Source of the DNA: Octopus vulgaris | Taxonomy: Eukaryota | Assembly: GCA_951406725.2 (NCBI GenBank) | Contig: OX597828.1 | Coordinates: 10,106,001 to 10,170,000 of the forward strand | Direction of reading: 5' to 3' | Length of the DNA: 64,000 nt | Shown here: piece after piece, positions 54,241-64,000 of the stretch | Layout: every line of letters starts with the position of its first letter | How positions within the stretch are numbered: position 1 is the first letter of the stretch | The notes under the pieces: model-generated | Databases searched by the model: none | What the model was told of the DNA's origin: nothing | What the model saw: only the letters and a program-made list of their open reading frames with translations | Position numbers and translations under genes: made by a program

Positions 54241-54829
54241 GTCGATGAGTTGGCCACTAGATACCAACGTTTACAATTTGCGGAAAGTGAACGTGTGAGA
54301 CCGCTAACAACAAATTGTCCGCTCTCTCAGAATCAAGAAGATGAAGTATGACTGAGATCTCTGAGTAGTAAAATAATAATAACAACAACAATAATAATAA
54401 AGTGTTAAATTTGTTAACACCAGCAGACGGCAAAATATCTGTGAAATATTTTTACTTTTAAGACACGGACTTCGATATAGAGGTCTCGGTTATGTGGTAC
54501 CTAAAATCTATAGCTCTTTTTTGTGGTCATCGGGGCATTCAAATTGCTTCTTTGAATGTTATGGTTAAATGCTAGTATACGTAATAGTGTCACAACACAC
54601 ACAAAAACATTCACATGGGTACATACCCCATCCTAAGAAAATCAGCGGCATTCAGAGAGTAGTGGAAACGTCTAAAATTTTTTAAAATTACAAATATTTC
54701 AACTTTTACCAGGTTCTTAATTTTCAGTATTTCAACTCCTTTCCATGAAATATTTCATAGCTATTCATAAATCACAGCCATAATAAAACGCCAAACTTGC
54801 TGTTTCTAGAGCTTTCTGAATGAAAATGA

Positions 54830-55280
54830 AAATCTAATCTAGTCGAATTAATGTTTCCTCATGAAGATAACATGGACGCCACTCGAGCTCGAAAGATTGA
54901 CCGTTATGTAAACCTTCTCGAGGAATATGAAGACGCAGGCTGGAAAGCGGAGCATTTTCCAATCAAAATCGGATGTAGAGTGTTTTTTGGACACTGTGAG
55001 ACGACTGTTGTTATCGTTAGGCCTAACTCATCGTAAGATAAATACCACGATGACCGATATCCGAACTACAGTGGAGAAAGCTAGCCAATGGATTCGGTTA
55101 AAAAGAGACGATGAGCGATGGCTAGAGAAATATTGAGCTATATTTGATAACCAGTTGATACAGCAAGTGAGGGGGGGCTCATATCAGTGTGAGGGGGCCG
55201 GTGCGCATTGATGCCATAGAGAGGTAGGCCCCGAAACGGCGCGCATTCTGTCCTGATGACCCCATACACTTGCTGGCTTC
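54830..55280 (+). pseudogene. HERO-like RLE retrotransposon 3' end with structured 3' UTR
   Basis: LVELMFPHEDNMDATRARKIDRYVNLLEEYEDAGWKAEHFPIKIGCR..TVEKASQWIRLKRDDERWLEKY*. Confidence 0.85.
55161..55275 (+). ncRNA. Hammerhead-like three-way junction in LINE 3' UTR (non-canonical core)
   Basis: CAGCAAGTG/CACTTGCTG, GGGG/CCCC and ATCAG/CTGAT stems; junction TGTGAG; GGGGCC/GGCCCC; GAAA; CGG/CTG; GTC. Confidence 0.5.
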
Positions 55281-56141
55281 CTGTATACGGGAATTCTTGA
55301 CTGGTAGCACTTGCATGTGCAAGTTGTTTGCATGACATCAAAGCAAAAACAGCAATGGAAATAATAGTGATAAATTATGAATAACAATTTCTTCATTGGC
55401 CCGAAATGTCAATTTCATACACCATGAATTGATGCAGGAAAAAACGTGTAAAGTTTGAATGGTATATTTAATACATATGTGCTGTAGAATAAAGAAGTAT
55501 TATTAACGTACGAGAGACGAGAAACGTTTACATAGTTCAAAGGTCTAGAGAAGCCAAGGAAAGCCCAAATCCTGTGATCTGGTTATTCTCGCCACCAGTG
55601 CCTGATTAAGCACAAAAATTGTATGTACCTCGCAACTGATACATCGCTGCTATTTCAAGCAGTTGGGCGTCTACTATCGGCAAGTTAAAGGAAGGCGTCG
55701 AAATCAGGTGATGTGGTAGTCTTAGCGGGGCGGTGGCAGTTAGTTTCTCTCCCACTACCGATAAAAGCAGAAGTGCGTATATGCATCAAAGATCTATGTG
55801 AGAGGATATATATTATCTTTTAGTATTAATAATGCTTCTGTCGTTAATAATTAAAGAGTGTAATGAAATAAATAGTACTATAATCAATGTAATTAGCTAC
55901 ACCCACTCCTCAAAATTGCTGACCTCCTGCATATATCAGGAACGATTATCATTTTAATGGCTGCACGCGTGTCGTTTCACCCGTATATTTGTGTCTCCAA
56001 AGTTGCTAATTGTTTAGTTTGTCAATTGTTGAAACAATCATCATTGCATAGGTGCGGTTGATCCGTTTGTGTTTTTGAGGGCAGAAATTCGAAACAAAGA
56101 TCTTCATTTTTTTTTTTTGCGAAGTAATTTTAAAAACAAAC

Positions 56142-57790
56142 ATGTCGATGTCTGCCCTGCAGAGAGGTGTGGAAAAAGTCAGAGGTAGATCTGATAATGA
56201 GTTGCAATACCGATCAGAGTCTCCTCCCTTTAACCCGCGCATGGAACAGGATGTGAACATTCACCAAGTTCAAATTCCAGTGGACCACAATGACTCTATG
56301 ACAACTATCGGCAGCAGCAGTAATAACAGCTTCGTCAACACAACACGGAAATTTATTTCAAGCTATGAAGTTGACTTCCCGGCAATGAAAGTGACAATAC
56401 CAACCCCAGACATCAACCAACAGCGATAACTAGACGACCATGAGCGTCGCCTCCCACTGACCCCACTACTACGACCGCTACAACTACAAAATTATGATAA
56501 AAGCAAAAAACAAAACAAAAAAAACAACAGTAGCCTCGGTAACATAAGTTATACAATATTTCCAACGTGAATAACATCGACACCATCAACAATATAAGAA
56601 CAATACACTTGCAGCAACGACTGTTAAAGGCGGGGAACTATCGTATAGATGGATATTCTACAAAAAGACGTTTACCTTGTCCAAGCAACCAAACTGATGA
56701 AATATGAAATGTCATAAGCGAACATAGCCATACCCTCGATGCGCTAGCAGAAGCACGAAAACTATAATTTATAGATGTTCCCATAAAAAGAAAAGGCTGG
56801 GGACAGCAAGTTAGACAGATGTTGAAGGCGCGCTAAAAGAAATGGTGTCCGACATTCAGCATATTTCGAGAGCCAAACAATTTACCGGTATTTCAGTGCT
56901 TTTTAAGACTGAAGCTCTGACCGTCAAACATTCCATAGTTCCTTGTTGGAGCGAAATATATGAAGACGGTTAGGGTGAAAATCTCAGGAATTCCACCTGA
57001 AATAAGTATATGATGAATTTTACCGTGAAGGGATTAATAACCCCTGGAGATGAATCGAATCTGTCTCAAAAATTAATCTGGGGTCTGGGATCAGTGTAGC
57101 CGTATTACTTCACATTAAACCAGCCTCCATCCACAAGTTACCAGACCTTATTCGCCTTCCGTGAGGGGAACAGCAGCAAGTTACTGTTGAGTGTAGAAGT
57201 CCACGTAGCCATCTGTATGGGTAGGCCGGTCATTTAGAGCCTTCCGTCCTCAAAGGAAGACAGGGAAACGTAGGACACTCTTACAGCCAACACCAGGTCC
57301 CGAAAAGCCACAAAACTCAACCATCAGTGAACAAACAGAAGTGGCACCGCACTGCGGGACCAAGAGAAACATCATCAGCAGGAACAGCAAAATCAGCAAC
57401 TACTGGAAGAACTCCAATACCAGAAACAAAAACAACAACAACAATAACAACAGCAACACCAGTGCCTCCAACAACAACTACAAGACAAACAACACTAGGA
57501 GCAGGCGCACCAACATTCAACAGCACAAAAAATAATAACGACAGACACACACACATCAAGGGGCTCTTCCAACGAAGCTTTCCTTGTTCCTTCATCACTC
57601 CCTCTCTAAACTCAAATACACATGCAGACTCACCTATATTCCACAGATACTGATACCTCTGCCTCTCACAGTGAAAACGAAAGGGAACACAAAAAGCGAA
57701 AATATAAAAAATAACACAATAAAAGACATGCCCCACACAAACAAACAAAATATACAGGATAACCATGTTGATGATTATGATTGTGAGTAA
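56142..57790 (+). pseudogene. L1/Tx1-like ORF1 (gag-like) relic with low-complexity Thr/Asn flanks
   Basis: VKISGIPPE and IHKLPDLIRLP*GEQQQVTVECRSPRSHLYG*AGHL, a decayed V-EGR-P-CxxCG-GH zinc knuckle. Confidence 0.55.
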
Positions 57791-59916
57791 CGCCATTATG
57801 ATAACAATTGTTATGTTATTACCGAAGCTTAAAACCACAAAATAGGCAGATGCCTCAGATATTATTCTGTAAATGTCTTAGCACCTCATTACAGAGATAG
57901 ATATCATTTTATTACCCACAGAATATCGAATACGACATCAGCAGTAGGCAGGATCGTTAACTTACCTAAGCATACTCCAAAATTGTGGCATAGAAAAGAA
58001 ATGTACCACATTAAAATCGATGCATAAGTAAACGTGTTTGTAGAGATCTAAAAATATCCTGCAATATTTGAGTGATTTTAGAATTATGCCCTTTGAATGA
58101 TTGATATTAAAACATATTTTTAATAATACAGAGAGGAATTGGAAGTACTTTCTCAGCTATACAATTTGCTGTCAAATCGTATTGAATTATTTGTTCTGAT
58201 CGGTTTCTAAATTGTATTGGTGCAAACCTGCTTTGCCAGAATTTCTTGTTTAAAATGTAACTTCACAGAAATTCTAGTCAAAATCAGTCGCATAGGTAAA
58301 CCATACGTTCTGGCTGAAATATATAGAATGTTCAATGTGTACATGTATAAAGTAATTTTCAATCAGTAAAGCAGAAAATATTTTTTATTAAATTCTATAA
58401 TTCTATTCACTTTGATCATCCCATTAATTTTCTCCAAAAATATTTTCTTTATACATTTTCCCTTTCATATTAGATGATTTTATAATCAGCCAATAGACTT
58501 AGAAAGGGTAGAAAATCGTCATAGAAAATTATTCCTTTTCATATTTCTTAATAATTATTTATCCCTTTATATTTTTCTCGATTTTCCTGTACTCAGGATT
58601 TTTATTGGAGTAGTGTCGATATTAAAGTTGCATTTAAAGAATGTAGAAAAATAGATTTTGTTGCATTGTGCGCTGGAAAACGTTTCAATTTAGTATTTAG
58701 GATAAAGTGAATCTTATATATCATTTATTTCACATATATACGCTATTTTATTTTCTTACAATTTTTGTTTCGTTTTGTTTCGTTTTGTCGCTCTACTGTG
58801 AATGTGTATTTGTTTGATATTGCTGACAATATAAATCTGAAAATGTTAACCCAAAGCATAGACAATCAAGCGTGTTTTAATGCAAAGAGACAAACCTGCA
58901 TATACAATGAACTTTTATCTCCGTGTTCAATGTATTGAAGAACATTAGTTGAGAGAAAAAAAGGGGTGACATCAACTTTTTCTTTTGTTCCTCGTTATCT
59001 ATTCTATCTAGACTGAACCCAATGTGACATCTTAAAATAGGAGTCTAAAGTAGTTGATCAGCCATTAATAGACGGCTAGCGTTGATCTTTTTGACAAAAC
59101 TGTCCGATCCTACTTTAATCTTTCTTTCCATTTACTTTTGATAATATTATCTCAATGCATTCAATATTTTGCTTTTGTCCTTCCAATGTATATCATGAAT
59201 GCCTTTTTTTTTTTTTTTTGCTAAGCTAATGTAATGCCATCTTTTCGACAGTAACGACTACATAAACATAAAGGATATATGGCAAAGCTACATTTTAGAT
59301 TTTGACCTTTTGACCTTCCTACCTGATAATGGGCAATTGATTTTTTTTCTTGTAAAGAGTATGTTTGCGTTTGGCTTCTGTTTATATCCATGTTGCTGTT
59401 CTCTCAATGCTGTTTCTGTTACGTCAAGGTTCAGCTGAAAGATTATTTTCAAAGTTATCTATTCCATTTTGTACTTAACAGTGATTCACGTGAACTTTCG
59501 TTGGCATTATCTAAAAAATATATAGGTGATCGAAAATATTTTATCGCTGAGTTTTATTTCAGAATCTATAGACAGGAACAAATCAGACAATGATCTTCGT
59601 CTAAAAGAACTCCAGCGTCAAAATGAACATGAAAGCCGTCTCGATTGTGATCAATAAGCTTGCCAATAAGGATATATTTGCCATTTAAAATGCCGAATAT
59701 GGTAATTAAAAATAACGCTCGATATAACACATACAGATTACGCTATCACATAATCTGACAGGTAATTTCATTTAATTTTTTTTTCCACATTCAGTCGGTT
59801 ATATACTGTTTAAAAACTAATGAGATTTCTGAATATCCTGTGTTTTATTGCAATATATTTACCTACCTATACGATAGAAGGATAATATAATGCAAATAGT
59901 AACTAATGAATCATAG

Positions 59917-59918
<2 letters not shown>

Positions 59919-59963
<45 letters not shown>

Positions 59964-60098
59964 CGTGTGAGGGTGTATATGTGCTTGTACGAATATATAT
60001 ATATATGTATATAGATATATGTATGTATATATATATATATATATATAGATAGATAGATGGATATATATATATATATAGATATGGATATATATATGCAG

Positions 60099-60185
<87 letters not shown>

Positions 60186-60225
60186 TATATATAGATGTAT
60201 GTATGTGTGTGTATACATATATATA
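59919..60225. repeat. (TA)n-rich compound microsatellite
   Basis: Direct reading. Confidence 0.9.
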
Positions 60226-60662
60226 ATGACAGTCATTTGCAGATATGTACCTGCATATGTGTATAGACACACACATATGCGTACGTATATATGATTCTAT
60301 GCGGACGCGCGCGCGTGTGAGTATTTGTTCCCGTACTCGCGAAGTTAGCGGAGAACACAATAAAGTTGAAATATTCACGTTTAAAGCAGCAAGATAACGT
60401 TATATGTGTACAGCTAACATGAAAAGAAACTCTTAAATAAAATAAAATCGGTTTTTTTTTAAATCATATTATATTATATATTTTCTTCTGACACTAAAAT
60501 GTATCTAACAATCATTCATTACCACAATATACATGAAATGGTGGTTATGAAAAGTTATATATATATATATATATGTATGTATATATGTACACACGCACAT
60601 ACATATACCTACTTTATAGAATATATATGAATGTATGTATGTATATATCGATGTATGTAAAA

Positions 60663-60672
60663 GTAGATAGTT

Positions 60673-60739
<67 letters not shown>
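60663..60739. repeat. (TAGA)n-(GA)n microsatellite
   Basis: Direct reading. Confidence 0.95.
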
Positions 60740-60742
<3 letters not shown>

Positions 60743-62644
60743 AGATATCATAAGCCGCCATTCGAAAGCGGATTGGAACTTCTAGCGAGCAGAGATTTTT
60801 TCAATAATTCTTTTAAGCGCCAAATTAGTAGACATAAGAACATTTTAGGATCTCACACTTTTGACGGACCAGAACAAAAACGAGTCAACCGGCTTATCAT
60901 ATCATACCCTATGTAGAGTAGACTAAAGAATATATTAGTTTACGCTTACATTGCTGTTAGATTCATTTATTTCCTCTCATTATATTTCCACTTTTCATAT
61001 ATTGTCTAAATTTATCTTACACTATATGCTGCGGGCTATGCCATAAAGTATAGAGATGTAGCCCAACGTGAATTAATTGGTTGAACATAAAAACAACCTT
61101 GACAAAAATACCTTATCGCCCTCCGTTTCACATCGCGCCCAGAACATTCAATGTGTGCGTTAAAGCATTTAAACTTTATTAGAAGCAACGATATATCACT
61201 GAAAGCCGTTTCTTTATCTTACGATCTTTAAGTCTATTGACTGTAAAATAGTTGGCTGAGGATTGACGGTTTAATTGAGATTAAGTTCTAATCACATTGG
61301 GAACGTTTTATCCGCTAAGCCGATGTAAAAATATACGTTCCCCAACATATTTCAGGGTACATCTTTTAAATTAGTTTACGAGTAAGACAGCACGCTATAT
61401 TTTCTCGTTAGATACCGACCAATAAAGAATTTTAACGTAGGCTCTAGCTTAAAAAGAACGAGTTCTTCAACGCTATAGTTGAACGTGTTCATCAACGCTG
61501 TAAATTGTTAGAGCGGAGAAGAATATAGCATTTGGCTACGGTCGTTGAACGTCAATCAGTGGTTATGAGAAAATAAATCAGTGAACTTAAAGAGATAAAT
61601 TACATATTCAGTACATAAAAACAGATACCAATAGCCTAGTTGCATACTTTCGTTTGACATTATATACGGGTGCCACATGAATTCGGACCTGTTTCATATG
61701 CTTCATTCAGTTACTAATATGATACTAAAATTAAACAAAGAGATTTGAAACACTGGCTTTATTTGCTTCGGTTTGTTAAAAAGCCAGTTCTTATACAGAT
61801 CAATCTAAAATGATGAAGAACAGAATGTTTGACAACAATTATTGTCTATCTGTATGTGATCTTAGCAATGATCATTTGTTTCTATAACTCTTTATCTCAT
61901 TATCAAGCCATCCGTCCATCCATGATACCCAATATTAAAGAGAAAATTTAAACTACAGATTTCTACATCCGTTTACAAATGATATAGTTTCTCATGGTTC
62001 CGTAGTTTATTCATATACGCATACACACGTACCCTAACATATTCATGAGCGCTTTACTATACAAATCCGCTGAAACAATATACTCAAGGATATTTTTAAT
62101 CGTTTCTTTCAAAATCGACACAAGTTATTAACCGAGTAAATGTAGTTTCTATGGACGCAACTACCATCTAATTAGACCTTGACAACTATTGTATTCCGAG
62201 TATAAATATGATATCACCAACGGGTGAAAAATAAGTAGACACACGAGCGATAAGAACAAGACAAATGACCAAAAATTATACAATGATAACAAGGCAACAC
62301 TAACGAGTGAAAAATACGTAAGCACATAATAAGAGACAAGCACGGGACAAAATACTACAGGAAGTCTAACCCCTACTCAGTTGTCGACTGATAATTACTC
62401 CCTATTTCGAGCTTTCAACGACAATATAGGAAAATTTCATTCAACAGCTGCATCAAGAAATTTTTAAAATATACTATTTCTGGGGAGTTAGAGCTTCGAA
62501 CAAACAAACAACGACAGGGTGGACATACTGAGTAAACAATCGACGAAGATAAACATTAAGGGCTTTTAGGACAAGACGCATGGTAATCGGTAACGCCTGC
62601 GAGAAATTTTGAAAAGATATAGAATAATGACCCTTGGTGATAAA

Positions 62645-63142
62645 CTATGGTCACCACACAATATATAATTTACGACGGAACCCGAAGCAACCGTCTCAGT
62701 GCAACAATGTATCAGCTACTGAAAAAAACTGAAAGAATTAAAACTCTTCTCCTTGGAACGAAAGCAGGAAAGATACGCAGTGATATAAGGAAGGCCTTGT
62801 ACCAAACTTTGGCATTGAAAGTTACACAAACAGCAGAACGGGGCTGTACTGCATAGTACCAAATATCACTGCATCTCCATCAAAATACAGGACGAGGTAC
62901 TGCAACATCTTAGGTTTCAAGAGACCACAGTTCTTCAATATACTTCCAAAATGACTGACGGCCCTGCATAGTCCCAGATGCGCCTACCTCACGGCAGGAA
63001 ACTCACATGAGGGCAAAGGCACCAAACTCTCTCATTCAGCAAATGCTACATTTCGGAGGCGGTTTCAGACAATAATGTAGCACAGTCAACGGTGGGCCCC
63101 TAGCATGACGACGGCATGAAGCTGAAACAAAATAAAGATACA
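62645..63142 (+). pseudogene. CR1-group LINE 3' end
   Basis: SY*KKLKELKLFSLERKQERYAVI, EGLVPNFGIESYTNSRTG, YCNILGFKRPQFFNILPK, VPDAPT..PNSLIQQ; tail CCTAGCATGACGACGGC..GCTGAAACAAAATAAAG. Confidence 0.85.
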
Positions 63143-63222
63143 AAAATAGGACGAATGCTGCCATTGATTAGCTCCAAGATGCCATCGCATCTAGCTATCT
63201 GCATCACATGATGGATCAAGCA

Positions 63223-63265
63223 ACCACAGACTAGTTTCTGGGTATTTGCCCTTTATCAATGTGGT
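63223..63265 (-). ncRNA. Minimal type I hammerhead, U3-A8 core variant, in a partial repeat copy (63143-63275)
   Basis: ACCACA-TTGATAA-aGGG caaata CCCa-GAAA-CTAG-TC-TGTGGT. Confidence 0.7.
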
Positions 63266-63354
63266 GTAGCCGGACGCAGCGGGGTCGCTGTTGACTGTCT
63301 GTTCGAAAGTTTATATATTTTCAGTGGAACACATCCAATGGTTTTCAAAAATAG

Positions 63355-63907
63355 AAATATTATTATTTCTAAATCTCTCTCTAAAAGAGACTACGGCACC
63401 AGTACTGGTTATTAAGAGTTATCGCCAAGTTAACAGGGCAGTCCAGAAAAAATAGGACGAATGCTGCCGTTGATTAGCTCCAAGAGGCCATCGCCTCTAG
63501 CTAGCTATGTGACACAAACTTGTGTCCATTACAACCGTCGAACAGGGGAGGACATCAGCATCCCCATGCTGGTTAAAGCATTCCAGATTAGTTTCGGGAT
63601 ATTTGTTCCTTATCAATGTGTAGTAGCCGGCTGCATTCGGCTACTAGACGTTGATAAGGGGTAAATATCCCGAAACTAGTCTGTAGATACTTGAACTAGC
63701 ATGGGGAACCTGATGAGATCCTCTGTTCACCTGTCATAATGGACACAGGTTTGTGTGTCTCATAGCTAGCTACATGGCTTCTTGGAGCTAATCGACGGCA
63801 GCATTCGCCCTACTTATCTGGACTGCCATGTTAGCTTGGCGATAACTATTAATACCCAGTACTGCTGCCGTTGTCTCCTTTAGAGAGACTTAGAAATATT
63901 AATATTT
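63355..63907. mobile_element. Fold-back element (~272-bp arms, ~8-nt loop) with a minimal hammerhead in each arm
   Basis: 63355-63629 is an imperfect reverse complement of 63638-63907, apex TAGTAGCCG gctgcatt CGGCTACTA. Confidence 0.9.
63648..63684 (+). ncRNA. Minimal type I hammerhead, U3-A8 core variant (mirror copy at 63583-63620 minus)
   Basis: ACG-TTGATAA-GGGG taaata TCCC-GAAA-CTAG-TC-TGT. Confidence 0.7.
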
Positions 63908-63924
63908 ATAATTATATATACATA

Positions 63925-64000
63925 CTAGCTGAAGGTGACCCGCTCTACGCGCGGGTAAGAGTGTGGTTGTTACTTTCTGTTGCTTCCTTTCAGCACGTAA
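63925..64000 (-). mobile_element. Helitron 3' terminus
   Basis: Minus strand: GC-rich hairpin ACCCGC gcgtaga GCGGGT, 9-nt spacer, CTAG followed by T. Confidence 0.6.

Overview
AT-rich, microsatellite-saturated animal DNA. The SINE families and the (TA)n/(CA)n load point to a cephalopod, probably Octopus (inference from recalled repeat families, not a search). No intact protein-coding gene can be supported; almost all listed ORFs are translated microsatellites. The window is a mosaic of decayed mobile elements: RLE-type non-LTR retrotransposons (HERO-like and R4/NeSL-like), RTE and CR1 LINE fragments, an L1/Tx1-like ORF1, mariner/Tc1 and MULE relics, a probable solo LTR, Helitron ends and at least four SINE types. 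The main unexplained signal is a dense set of hammerhead-ribozyme (HHR) motifs, mostly in (TA)n-flanked repeats and fold-backs. (i) Three dispersed copies (33.9 kb +, 40.5 kb +, 13.4 kb -) carry a hammerhead whose three strands are in an order that fits none of types I/II/III, i.e. a pseudoknotted topology, with compensatory stem changes between copies. (ii) A young, ~99% identical tandem-plus-inverted array of a 564-bp monomer carries a fully canonical type I HHR and resembles a retrozyme copied from a circular template. (iii) Two fold-backs carry minimal HHRs with palindromic stem III, one family having a U3-A8 core variant. (iv) A hammerhead-like fold lies in the 3' UTR of a HERO-like LINE. 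All structures were paired by eye; no activity is shown.
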